Shown piece by piece: positions 19,980-29,255 of a DNA stretch of 64,000 nt. Location of the stretch: positions 1 to 64,000 of the IMG/VR virus record IMGVR_UViG_3300025161_000004; one strand, 5' to 3'. Made by a program: the position numbers and the translations under genes. Every line of letters begins with the position of its first letter. Within the stretch, counting starts at the first letter, position 1. The notes under the pieces are model-generated. The model had not been told where the DNA came from. It saw only the letters and a list, made by a program, of their open reading frames with translations, and did no database searches.

Positions 19980-20020
19980 TCTTTAGCTAATGGGTAGTTC
20001 ACTGAGTTCATATTATGGTT
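19890..20020 (+). ncRNA. TnpB omega/reRNA scaffold plus guide (guide from the right flank, 20003 onward)
   Basis: Stems gggctt/aagtcc, cgttgc/gcaacg and the right-end hairpin ending TCAC. The 5' boundary is approximate. Confidence 0.6.
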
Positions 20021-20227
20021 TTAAGACAACATTAGATACTATCTTATTCGCTAGTTTTATCTTTTTTTTGTTTAAATTTTCTACTTTCTAGTTTGTTTTT
20101 TTGTTTCTTTTTATCAAGAACAATCATTGGTTTAACTTTATGGGTAGTTTCTCTCATGACCTTTCTCATCATCTTGAGTCTATCCATATTAGTTATTTTA
20201 TTTTTCTTTGATTTTGTCATACAGTAG

Positions 20228-20256
20228 ATTATACGAATTACTAATGTATTTGGTTA
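20228..20256 (-). promoter_or_regulatory. putative phage ECF-sigma promoter TAAC-N17-CGTATAAT
   Basis: Exact motif with 17-nt spacer. Confidence 0.6.
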
Positions 20257-20477
20257 GATCTTATGTATTTTTCTCTCAGATTATATATTTCAATAGTTAA
20301 TTTTCTAATTTCTTCATAAAGGTGCTCTAATCCAGAATCGTTATTTTTAATTAATATTGGCACTCTACGCTGAAGCGTCACTTTTAATTCCTCCTTTTCT
20401 TTTATTTGGTTTAATAGTGTGGTTATTTCTTTTTCACTCCTTTTCATCATTAACAAATTTAGTTTTTTTATTGACAT
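20241..20477 (-). CDS. hypothetical protein
   Basis: Short ORF in an operon-like run. Confidence 0.5.
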   Translation of the reverse strand: MSIKKLNLLMMKRSEKEITTLLNQIKEKEELKVTLQRRVPILIKNNDSGLEHLYEEIRKLTIEIYNLREKYIRSNQIH

Positions 20478-20664
20478 CCATATTGATGTAATCTAATTTA
20501 GATATTTTTTCACCTTCTCTTGTATCTCTTAAACTACCAACTCCAAAATGAAATTCATCACAAATTATTTTATTTGTAAATGTGTTCATATAAATTATTC
20601 TTCTACCATTATTTTGCCTAATAATGATTCGTTTATAATCATGATAATGATTTACTACAATCAT
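20434..20664 (-). CDS. hypothetical protein
   Basis: Short ORF, ATGA overlap with the upstream gene. Confidence 0.55.
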   Translation of the reverse strand: MIVVNHYHDYKRIIIRQNNGRRIIYMNTFTNKIICDEFHFGVGSLRDTREGEKISKLDYINMDVNKKTKFVNDEKE

Positions 20665-20927
20665 TTTTTTATTAATATATTATCTTTTGTCCATTCACAT
20701 TCATAAATGGGAACTAACTCCCATTCATTTGGATTTTCGATTAATCCCAATCGATATAATTTAAGCATTTTGTTTATGATTAAAAATCTATCATATACTT
20801 CATGATAATTGCACTGAGGTAAAATCCTACCAGTATGACGGTGGAATATCTGATAACCAATAATAGGATTTAATTGATTTTTATCCAAATCAAGAATTGT
20901 TTTACAGTCTGAAAGTGTTATCTTCAT
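20661..20927 (-). CDS. hypothetical protein
   Basis: 88-aa ORF. Confidence 0.6.
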   Translation of the reverse strand: MKITLSDCKTILDLDKNQLNPIIGYQIFHRHTGRILPQCNYHEVYDRFLIINKMLKLYRLGLIENPNEWELVPIYECEWTKDNILIKK

Positions 20928-20966
20928 ATTTATTTTTGTTTAATATTATTTTATAATTTCTATGAT

Positions 20967-21617
20967 TTATCTATATTTTTCTAAGGCTTTTTTGATTAGT
21001 TCAGCATCCTCAAAACGTTCTTCAGCAATTGCATTTATTAACTCAACTTGTAGTTGAGTTTCATTCATTGTATCGTATTTATTAATCTTTTCAGCTATTT
21101 TTAATTCAATATTAGATTTCTTCTTTTTATTATAAAATTCATCTGCTATTTCTTTAGTTAAATTTTGGCTATAGTAAATTGTTTCTGTGTCAAATAATAA
21201 ATGGTTAAGTAATTTAAATGGTAAAGCTAATGCAATTGGAATGATACATCCCATTATTGACATTAGGATAAAAAATAGTAACTCATAAAGTATAACTGTA
21301 TATTTTAGAATCTCATTTAATTTTATAATTGTGATTGAAAACAAAACTAATGATGATATAAAGTATATAACGTAAAACCAGTTATACTTAAAAAGAAATT
21401 GATAAACACCCATATAAAAACAAAAACAATATATTGGCGATAAAAAAATTATCGACCAGAAAGATAATTGATTGATATTTTCTTTGGCACTTAAAGACCA
21501 CACCGTAATAAAAGTTAGAAGTGTGATGACTAAAAATGACTTAGTGAATACTTCTCTTTTCTTAAAAAACTCAATATAATTAGAGTTTAATAATGGTGTA
21601 AAAAAATACTCTTTCAT
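20967..21617 (-). CDS. membrane protein with a C-terminal UVR (UvrB/UvrC) motif
   Basis: About 4 TM helices, then LINAIAEERFEDAELIK. Confidence 0.7.
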   Translation of the reverse strand: MKEYFFTPLLNSNYIEFFKKREVFTKSFLVITLLTFITVWSLSAKENINQLSFWSIIFLSPIYCFCFYMGVYQFLFKYNWFYVIYFISSLVLFSITIIKLNEILKYTVILYELLFFILMSIMGCIIPIALALPFKLLNHLLFDTETIYYSQNLTKEIADEFYNKKKKSNIELKIAEKINKYDTMNETQLQVELINAIAEERFEDAELIKKALEKYR

Positions 21618-21992
21618 ACATTATTGAAGTTTACCTGTTAAATCACTTATTTGTCTTCTAATATCTTCTATAGCCATATTCAGACCTTCCATCTTACCAC
21701 CATCTTTGTTTAACTTTACTTTCTTTCGGTAGTTCATTTATGATATCACTAATCTTCATAATCTTTGTTTTTTGGGTAAAAATAGTATTTTTTGTTAAAT
21801 TTAAAAAAAATATTCTTATTATTAAACCATAATATATAATTTTTCACTAATTTTGGTTAAAATTTTTTTATGAGATTTTATATTCATATTCATAATATAT
21901 AACTTAACTCAGAAAAAAAATATGGAATAGACATTTATTATTTCAGAAGACTTGTGGGTGAAATGGTAGGTGGATCGTTCCACAATACACCA

Positions 21993-22295
21993 CTACCGTA
22001 TAATATACCTTTCATCTCTGATTTGTTTTTGTATCTTATTAAGAATATCTAAGTGATATCGACTATGATATTTACAACCATCTATTGCTCTAAAGTATTC
22101 GATATACTTAGCAAGTAGACTCCAAGTATATCCTATAAACTTCTCTCTATTTATTAACAAGCTAACGTCATATTGTATGATTTCACCTTCCCATATAGGA
22201 AAAAATCTGTTTCTCTCATTTGTATTATAATAAAAAACATATGCATAAATAGTATATGCACTTTTGGTGGATCCGAATATTTGACAACCAATCAT
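21993..22295 (-). CDS. hypothetical protein
   Basis: 100-aa ORF. Confidence 0.55.
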   Translation of the reverse strand: MIGCQIFGSTKSAYTIYAYVFYYNTNERNRFFPIWEGEIIQYDVSLLINREKFIGYTWSLLAKYIEYFRAIDGCKYHSRYHLDILNKIQKQIRDERYIIR

Positions 22296-22336
22296 TGTCG
22301 AAATTTACATAAAAATTTTAAATAAAAAAAGGGATT

Positions 22337-22519
22337 TTAAAAAATCCCTTCATCATAATCACAATTGAAACTACTATCACCCTTCAATTCTAGTTCTTCC
22401 TTTTTGCAAAACTTACATTTACCTTCCTGAAGCTCAATGTTAGTTTTTAATGGAATCCCACATTCAGAGCAATAATACATTTCATCATCAACTTCTTCTA
22501 ATTGTTTTTTTCTTGCCAT
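22337..22519 (-). CDS. small Zn-finger protein
   Basis: CSECG and CKFC motifs, late-type motif upstream. Confidence 0.6.
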   Translation of the reverse strand: MARKKQLEEVDDEMYYCSECGIPLKTNIELQEGKCKFCKKEELELKGDSSFNCDYDEGIF

Positions 22520-23283
22520 GTCAGTAAAATTTTACTCAAATAAATACTGAAAATGACGTAAAAAACTTTTTTAATTAAAAAAATTAATTTCTTTTTTTAT
22601 GGATATTTGGAATCCTATTCTATCAATTATAGTGGTTGTATTTGTGGATACAATCTTAAACTAACTCTATTTACCTCATCATCCATTATGTGTGTAAATC
22701 TATGTTAGATAGATACTGTTTTTTTTTACCTCATTTACAATTGTTACACTTACATTTCTTACTCATATGTAATTATTTCACCGTCTAAAATATGTGTATT
22801 AGGAACATAAGAGTAATGATAACGCAATATTCCACCATAGTATATCTTCTCTATACATCTAAATACTCCATCGGAATAATGAACCCTGTTACTAAAATTA
22901 GTACCTTGAAAATAGGTATGCGTTATCCAATTATTATTCACAGTTGTTTCTTTAATCTTTATTTTTTTATTCAACATACTAGCAGTAAATATATACAATT
23001 ATTCATATAGTGTCAAATATCAATAAATCATATAAGAAAAATCATAATTAAAAGAATAACATAAATCTAAATATTTTTTATACATTATTCTATATGTTTA
23101 GTGATAGTTTTATTTCACAATTTTAAAATTTTTAAGTTAATAATCATTTCTATTAAGTCACACCAGAAATTTGCTTTGTGTTAACAATAAACTATAGTTA
23201 ATTGAGTTTACCATTTACATAACACTACAATATTTATAGACCTCAACAAGTATATTTTATGTTTCCATTCCTTTCTAAATAAA

Positions 23284-23308
23284 AAAAGGTCTATAATAAA
23301 TAGACCTT
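23284..23308 (-). terminator. intrinsic terminator-like hairpin
   Basis: aaggtctat / atagacctt inverted repeat with a T-tract on the minus strand, downstream of the gene ending at 23341. Confidence 0.55.
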
Positions 23309-23340
23309 CAATAAGAAAAAAATAATCTTATTATATCCTA

Positions 23341-23691
23341 TTAGTCACGAACTTTATCTAGTTCATTCTTGAATGGGTCATAATTAACTTGCACAATACG
23401 AACCCATACTCCTTCATCGAGAGTTACTGGTGCGTGTTCTTCATGAAGAACTACTGCCTCACCTTTAACCTCAAAGAAAAGTTGGTCTCTTGTTACATCA
23501 CCGAAATCCTTCTCGTTATCCGCAAATTCAATTATGGATGAATCGTTAATTGGAAAAATTTCGTGTGAATGACCACTCACTTCTCCGAGACCTACAACTA
23601 AACGTTCCGTGTTTTTTTTCATTAGAATCTCTGATTTTTCTACCTTGTAGAAAATCATGTCGCCTTGGCGTACCTTTCTTAAAATGTTCAT
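23341..23691 (-). CDS. conserved phage protein (RQGD/GHxH/HEEH, cupin-like)
   Basis: RQGD, GEVSGHSH and LHEEH motifs. Confidence 0.75.
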   Translation of the reverse strand: MNILRKVRQGDMIFYKVEKSEILMKKNTERLVVGLGEVSGHSHEIFPINDSSIIEFADNEKDFGDVTRDQLFFEVKGEAVVLHEEHAPVTLDEGVWVRIVQVNYDPFKNELDKVRD

Positions 23692-23723
23692 AGCTATGAT
23701 ATTAGAATTATTATTTATATGAA

Positions 23724-24395
23724 TTAAGATTCTTGCTCTATTGTGATATATTCTTCCCTTGTCAGAGGTGTTCCGTCAGGTTTCCTCATAGTCCAAGCAA
23801 TTGCATCTATCGCTTTTTGACATCTATGGTCTTTTGAATCAACGAACAAGAAAAATTTACGATCTGTAGATGGACAGTTACATTCTACAATGTAAATATC
23901 GTTTTGAGTGTTTAACTCACTCTTATCAATTTTATGCAATCTATAGGTATCTTTATATTCCACAAATTTCTCATCAAACATACTCTTAATAAACTTCTTA
24001 TTATTAATCGACTTCAAATCAGGCTTTAGAGTATGTTTTGGCTTTTCACCTATTAAAAAAATACGCTTTTGTTTTTTTATAATTGTTTCTTCATCTATAA
24101 GAGTAGATTTGAGATTTGTTAAGGCTGCTTCTGCACCTGCAATAGAAAAACAAGTCATCAGTATTTCAGAATTACCATGAAATTTCCGAATAAATTCTTT
24201 TGGTGTATATGCGACATTATTAGGGTCGTTCCAGAGTCTTTTTAACTCTTCAGGTTGAGTTGCGTCAGGATTATCAGGTTTATGGAAAATCCTTAATAGA
24301 TCATTCAATGTAAATTCAGGATCCATTCTGCGAATCCTAATGTAATCAATAATTGTTGGTACTTGTACACCATTCACAAAGTATGATTTTCTCAT
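23724..24395 (-). CDS. DUF6745-like phage protein
   Basis: C-terminal CPSTDRKFFLFV...AIAWT pattern. This family is usually paired with the RQGD protein. Confidence 0.6.
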   Translation of the reverse strand: MRKSYFVNGVQVPTIIDYIRIRRMDPEFTLNDLLRIFHKPDNPDATQPEELKRLWNDPNNVAYTPKEFIRKFHGNSEILMTCFSIAGAEAALTNLKSTLIDEETIIKKQKRIFLIGEKPKHTLKPDLKSINNKKFIKSMFDEKFVEYKDTYRLHKIDKSELNTQNDIYIVECNCPSTDRKFFLFVDSKDHRCQKAIDAIAWTMRKPDGTPLTREEYITIEQES

Positions 24396-24463
24396 AAAAC
24401 TATTATTTTATACGTCCAAATTTCCAATTTTCTTTTGAAAGAAACAAGTTTTTTTCAAAAAAA

Positions 24464-24589
24464 TTATTTCCGAAAATTTAATATCTTAATAGATAAATCA
24501 ACATGTTCAGAAGTAAGTCCTTTACTGAATGATGTATTGACGAAATTATTTCTTTGTTCGTATAAGATATCATCTTCGTCATCAAGAAT
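24464..24589 (-). pseudogene. C-terminal fragment of the HAD phosphatase that starts at 25661
   Basis: ILDDEDDILYEQRNNFVNTSFSKGLTSEHVDLSIKILN matches HAD motif IV and the tail of Swiss-army-knife HAD domains. Confidence 0.75.
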
Positions 24590-24668
24590 CAGATTGAGCC
24601 ATCGGGCGGACGTATTCCAAATTCCCCGCCTTCGGCAATACTTAGCGTTAGCCGTAATTGCTACGACA

Positions 24669-24878
24669 CTACTCATCATCATCTTCGACCTCATCTTCAT
24701 CTCCAAAATCAGCGACAATATCTCTACACAATTTAACCAGTTTGCGAATGTATTTTTTCTCATACTGATTTGCATTTTCTTCAACTTCTTTAATGCTTCC
24801 TGCTTCGGTTAAAGCATCGTAGCAATCTTGTAAATCTCTGTAGGTATTCTCAAACCTACAATAACTCATATTTCCCAT
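24669..24878 (-). CDS. small cassette-borne phage protein (MSYCRFENT family)
   Basis: MGNMSYCRFENTYRDLQDC. Confidence 0.7.
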   Translation of the reverse strand: MGNMSYCRFENTYRDLQDCYDALTEAGSIKEVEENANQYEKKYIRKLVKLCRDIVADFGDEDEVEDDDE

Positions 24879-24985
24879 TTTGTTTGAATTTATCCTTGAA
24901 CAACCGCAACTACGGCTAATAAACGGTAATACATGCCTTTGACTTCAAGGTATTTCATAATCAACTTTGTATATATACCATATTG

Positions 24986-25216
24986 TTAGCGGCTATGCCT
25001 ATCAGCACACTTCTGACAGACACCATATAATGTGCTGTGCAAACTGCCACTACTTACTACTATTGATTTTTGACTACTATAACGCAATTCACTTTCCCAA
25101 TGAAGTTCACCGCAGTTAGGGCAGTTTATAGCCCGTTCCTTTGGACGGCACAAGCCGCTAACAAGCGTTTTGCCGTCATGCTGCGGTTCGGTGGTATTAT
25201 CAAGTTTCGTTTCCAT
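24986..25216 (-). CDS. small cassette-borne Zn-ribbon protein
   Basis: CPNC and CQKC motifs. The stop codon TAA lies within the CGCTAAC box. Confidence 0.6.
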   Translation of the reverse strand: METKLDNTTEPQHDGKTLVSGLCRPKERAINCPNCGELHWESELRYSSQKSIVVSSGSLHSTLYGVCQKCADRHSR

Positions 25217-25277
25217 ATCAAAAAATGTTTTTAAGTGAAGCGTTCGGTTTCAAAATGCAGCACGAACGCAAAGCTGC

Positions 25278-25661
25278 TTATACGTTATAATCAATACCTA
25301 TTTTTTTATAATCATTACCATTATTGACAAAATTATTCATTAACCATTCTCTAATTTCACAACCTCTTGGGATAGAGGCATATCTATCTTTTCCAGAAAT
25401 GTATAATCTTGGGGTTACATCGATTATTCTTTCTGGATATAAAAATCCCCTAACCTTAAATATTTTCTTAAACTCATCTAAAGAAACGCCAATCCTCCAC
25501 GATGAACTTATAATTATGTCACAACCAGTAAGCCCCACAATTTTATTCAATGCATTTATTGATTCCTCATTAAATTTTTGATATCCATCATAAAGATAAT
25601 CTTTAAGGATATCAGCAGTTACCAATACACCATCAATATCTAAAAATAAGAACTTTCTCAT
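25278..25661 (-). pseudogene. N-terminal part of a HAD-family (Swiss-army-knife RNA-repair-like) phosphatase, truncated by the insertion
   Basis: FLFLDIDGVL, IIISSSWR, TP and RGCEIREWL are present, but the DD motif is missing and is found at 24464-24589. Confidence 0.78.
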
Positions 25662-26083
25662 GTGAATATAATATCATCAGACCTATCAATACGCTGTAAC
25701 AAAGTTACATGATATTTCATAATATCCTCACCATTCAATATTTTTTGGTAATCAATTTCATCAAGAATATTTTCAGACCAAGTTAACTCAAGACCAGCCC
25801 TTTGGCAATCAGTAATGAACTGATCGAGCGTCCTTGGATGAAATGGTATTGTATACGATTTATCTCTATTATAGATAGAATATCCCACAGGATAAGATTC
25901 GATAAAAATTCTACTGTCAATTTTATTGACATATGTTTGATATGAACCCTTATCTTTAAATTGCCAATTGGCAAATAATACCGTAATCATCTTAAAATCG
26001 AATTGTCTAAGCAAAAATTTTTTTGCTTCGTCCGAACAAGATGTTTCTATAAAAGATACGGTTCTGAGTTTTAATAAGCCCAT
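25658..26083 (-). CDS. hypothetical protein
   Basis: 141-aa ORF, ATGA overlap. Confidence 0.7.
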   Translation of the reverse strand: MGLLKLRTVSFIETSCSDEAKKFLLRQFDFKMITVLFANWQFKDKGSYQTYVNKIDSRIFIESYPVGYSIYNRDKSYTIPFHPRTLDQFITDCQRAGLELTWSENILDEIDYQKILNGEDIMKYHVTLLQRIDRSDDIIFT

Positions 26084-26127
26084 CTAATATATTAATGAAT
26101 GCCAATAATAAAAAAAATATCAATAAA

Positions 26128-26382
26128 TCAATTTAAAAATGTAATTACCATCAAATACATATCAATGTATTCGATTTTGAATTCAGAATACTTATTTAAA
26201 AGTATCATGAAAGTCTTTTTTCTCATGAATTCATTTGACTGCAGAATTAAATCTATTTCTTTGTTTGATAAAATATCAAACCCATAACGTAATTTTTCCA
26301 ATGTCTTTTCGAATGCAATTTTATTGTAAACAACAGGTAATGCGTAGCTATGTTTATAGGTATTAAAATTCTTAGATTCCAT
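26128..26382 (-). CDS. hypothetical protein
   Basis: 84-aa ORF. Confidence 0.55.
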   Translation of the reverse strand: MESKNFNTYKHSYALPVVYNKIAFEKTLEKLRYGFDILSNKEIDLILQSNEFMRKKTFMILLNKYSEFKIEYIDMYLMVITFLN

Positions 26383-26386
26383 AAAA

Positions 26387-26875
26387 TTACTTCAATGATT
26401 TTGTAAATAAACCACCCACAGGTTCATTATTAATATTGAATTTTTGAAATACAATACTATTACCATCAAATGATTTGATTCTATAAAATGCTTCCAATTC
26501 GTTGAAATCATTAAATTCACTTCTATGGAAAATTTTCATTGTGTTATTATCAACATTAACAATATAAACACCATGCAGGGCTTCAACTAAAATCATATAG
26601 TTTTTATCTAAAAAACGAACAGATAATATTTTATTAGGGCTTTTACTGTTAAGATCGGAAACAATATGCTCAAGATTCAACTTATATTCATACATATGAA
26701 TCAAATCATATTCACCAATACTTTTATAGACATTAATAATAGGATTTTCAAATAGAATACATTGAACTTCATATTCAACACCACTAAAATCCTTTCTATC
26801 ACGTTTTATATTCTCTTGAGCATATGTGGTGATTAAGGAAATAATTAACGCTGATATTAAGCCATTAATTTTCAT
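26387..26875 (-). CDS. secreted hypothetical protein
   Basis: Signal peptide ending TYA-Q. Confidence 0.65.
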   Translation of the reverse strand: MKINGLISALIISLITTYAQENIKRDRKDFSGVEYEVQCILFENPIINVYKSIGEYDLIHMYEYKLNLEHIVSDLNSKSPNKILSVRFLDKNYMILVEALHGVYIVNVDNNTMKIFHRSEFNDFNELEAFYRIKSFDGNSIVFQKFNINNEPVGGLFTKSLK

Positions 26876-26883
26876 TGTCTTTA

Positions 26884-27156
26884 TTATTTTATATTTCTAA
26901 AATACTCCCTAACCATTTTGTCTATCTCATCCATTTCACTCATTTCAATAAAGTAACCGTTTTCTTCTAATGCCTCTTCCACTTTCTTTATTTGTTTTGC
27001 ATATTTTTTATAATCTTTGCCTGATAAAATAATATCATTTCTCCATTTAGCTAACCTATGTAGTTCGTCATATTCGGCAATAATTTCTTTGATTGAACTA
27101 ATAGGATCGGTTGTTTTTAGAGCCTTTTTTAGCTTATTTATAATTAAGATTGTCAT
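26884..27156 (-). CDS. hypothetical protein
   Basis: 90-aa ORF preceded by both promoter motifs. Confidence 0.6.
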   Translation of the reverse strand: MTILIINKLKKALKTTDPISSIKEIIAEYDELHRLAKWRNDIILSGKDYKKYAKQIKKVEEALEENGYFIEMSEMDEIDKMVREYFRNIK

Positions 27157-27194
27157 AATTATAAATACTAAAAAAGGGTAGTCAAAACCACTAT

Positions 27195-27223
27195 ATTATA
27201 CGAAAATGGATGTTTTTTGGTTA
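27195..27223 (-). promoter_or_regulatory. putative phage ECF-sigma promoter TAAC-N17-CGTATAAT
   Basis: Exact motif with 17-nt spacer. Confidence 0.65.
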
Positions 27224-27241
27224 TTCACAAACGTTAATGTA

Positions 27242-27481
27242 TTAAGTTATTACCTGCTGATAATCAGCCGCCACTACAACAATGATTTTACCTATTTTGG
27301 ATAGATACTCAGCATCATATGTTTGACGCATGAGTTCCGTCACATAGTGATCAGTAAATAACTCACCAACATTCATCCAATCTCTATCTTTTATTTCAAA
27401 TAAAACTTTACCACTGGATGCTTGAACGAATTTAACGTTGAGTCTAGGTGTTTCTTTTACAAATTTAATTTTTCTACTCAT
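27242..27481 (-). CDS. hypothetical protein
   Basis: 79-aa ORF. Confidence 0.65.
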   Translation of the reverse strand: MSRKIKFVKETPRLNVKFVQASSGKVLFEIKDRDWMNVGELFTDHYVTELMRQTYDAEYLSKIGKIIVVVAADYQQVIT

Positions 27482-27711
27482 TTTTTTGGTTCGGATTTTA
27501 TATTGATACTATTATTAATTAGTATTCTTGATATAAATACCATAGCTATTCCCTGCCAATATGTTAATATTGGTAAATCAAATACTTCAGGAATTACATA
27601 ATTCCATGTAATAGTGAATACACATCCAAATACCACTGATACTATCATATTCAGATATATCGTAATTAGTGCTGTGTATATTAATGTAAATATCACCCTA
27701 AAAATATCCAT
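27478..27711 (-). CDS. small membrane protein
   Basis: WN..IP..F.LP.LTYWQ motif with 2 TM helices. Confidence 0.65.
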   Translation of the reverse strand: MDIFRVIFTLIYTALITIYLNMIVSVVFGCVFTITWNYVIPEVFDLPILTYWQGIAMVFISRILINNSINIKSEPKK

Positions 27712-28079
27712 TTTAATAGGTTTGTTAGTTTTGATATTATATAATTATGTATACTATATCTCTTTCTATAAAAGAGTTTAAAAATAATCTTGTTTTTTTT
27801 ATCAACATTAAATCTCAAAAAACCATCTTTTAATTTTATGTCGCTTAATTTAAGTATTTGCTTACCGTATATGTGTCTAATGATAATTTCTTTATTTTCT
27901 ATTTTAGAAATTATAACCCACTTACTAATTCTTTTCTCTTTAGAAGAATTTGGTGAATTAGTCTCATTGATGAAAAATAAATCACCAACATTCAAATCGT
28001 CAATTGATTTAACTTCCTTATAGTCATCATAGAAACACATTAAATATTTTTTTGAGTTAATAAACTTTTTATTAATCAA
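27693..28079 (-). CDS. hypothetical protein
   Basis: 128-aa ORF. Confidence 0.5.
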   Translation of the reverse strand: MINKKFINSKKYLMCFYDDYKEVKSIDDLNVGDLFFINETNSPNSSKEKRISKWVIISKIENKEIIIRHIYGKQILKLSDIKLKDGFLRFNVDKKNKIIFKLFYRKRYSIHNYIISKLTNLLKWIFLG

Positions 28080-28321
28080 AATATAACCACTTTTAAATAC
28101 CGCTATTTAAAGAAAATAAATTATTTACTTATCTTAATTTAAATTACAAATATAATAATTTTTTTGAAAAAATATTATCTCGTATAAATAATTTCTATAA
28201 CATCTCATGTATGGCATATCAATATCAATAATTTTGTGACAATCTTTTAACCATACCATCAAATCAACTACTTTAAGGTGAAAAACAAAGAACTAAAATC
28301 GAGATATTCACATATTTAAAT

Positions 28322-28359
28322 AAAATTGTGATGAATTGAATTTAATTCATCACAATTTT
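28322..28359. terminator. long inverted repeat, bidirectional terminator-like
   Basis: aaaattgtgatgaatt / aattcatcacaatttt. Confidence 0.55.
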
Positions 28360-28395
28360 AATTGTAAAAAATACAACATGACTAATCAAACAGAA

Positions 28396-29082
28396 TTAAA
28401 CATGTTCAAACAACTTCATGTAAACAATTAAGGATACACCATTACCATCATATTTTCTACATAACTTTCCGTATATGTAGAAATCATCCATAGAGCCATT
28501 GTTTTCAAGAAAATGAGAGACAGCATGTACACCAACCAAATGAGAACCTGCTAACATACCTTCAACAGTAATTCTTGTACCGTTAATTTTTTTTCCAACA
28601 TACCTATATAAATTTTTTTTCTTAATATAATTTAAATTATATAAAATGAGTGCATTTAATGTTTGTTCTTGTAGTAATGAATCATTTAAAAATACTTTTT
28701 CTCCATCCCTATCGATATCAAAATCAATCAATTTATTATCACGCAATGTTCTTAGTGCAGACTTACCAAATTGATATTTACCTGCATATCCATATCTATT
28801 AACCACCTGATACGGATTGGGGATGTTACCAGTTTCTTTTTTTGCAATAGACTCTTTGTATTGCAAAATATTAATCTTATCAATTAATGTTTCATCATCA
28901 ATTATATTGATAATCTCAATCATAGATAAATCTTCTAGTAGACTCTTAATGGATTTTCTTTCGAGGACAAATTCATCCAGTTGAACTGTTGAATGTGAAA
29001 ATTCAGCATGTGTACCTTGAATTAATCCATTAATATTAAGAGTCATAAGAATAATTATTAAAATCACCCTTTTCATATACAT
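28396..29082 (-). CDS. lysozyme-like / lytic transglycosylase protein with a signal anchor
   Basis: Catalytic-like KETG, YQVVN.YGYAGKYQFG and LAGSHLVG. Confidence 0.75.
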   Translation of the reverse strand: MYMKRVILIIILMTLNINGLIQGTHAEFSHSTVQLDEFVLERKSIKSLLEDLSMIEIINIIDDETLIDKINILQYKESIAKKETGNIPNPYQVVNRYGYAGKYQFGKSALRTLRDNKLIDFDIDRDGEKVFLNDSLLQEQTLNALILYNLNYIKKKNLYRYVGKKINGTRITVEGMLAGSHLVGVHAVSHFLENNGSMDDFYIYGKLCRKYDGNGVSLIVYMKLFEHV

Positions 29083-29142
29083 TTGTTTTTTATTAATGTT
29101 ATTTTTTAGGTGTTTTATTTTGTATTTTTTCTACATTTTTAT

Positions 29143-29171
29143 ATTATACGTATTTTCAAAATTAATAGTTA
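29143..29171 (-). promoter_or_regulatory. putative phage ECF-sigma promoter TAAC-N17-CGTATAAT
   Basis: Exact motif with 17-nt spacer. Confidence 0.65.
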
Positions 29172-29255
29172 TTTATGGAAAAAACAAAATAATACAACCC
29201 ATCCCTCTTCATTCATGTTTATAAAGAAGGTAATGTGTGCAATTTCTTTTATATT

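Larger units (their letters stand above)
17235..20002 (+). mobile_element. IS200/IS605-family transposon (tnpA divergent from tnpB) with cargo ORFs
   Basis: Left end: TTAT | attttg GAGCGTAAAA + hairpin cccatcgg-tctttag-ccgatggg + ataTAAGCGAC. Right end: GAAG + cccattag-tctttag-ctaatggg + TAGTTCAC ending at 20002. Confidence 0.92.
24590..25290 (-). mobile_element. array of three attC-like hairpins with two cassettes, inserted in the HAD gene
   Basis: Cassette ends are inverted complements: GTTAGCGGCT (25162-25153) / AGCCGCTAAC (24994-24985), and ATTAGCCGTAGTTGC (24920-24906) / GCAATTACGGCTAAC (24661-24647). Imperfect hairpins lie between them. Confidence 0.65.

Noticed and set aside
24464-24784. 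106-aa ORF as a real gene
   Set aside because: Its N-terminal part overlaps ORF 24669-24878 and an attC-like hairpin. Only the last 41 or so codons are the HAD C-terminal fragment.
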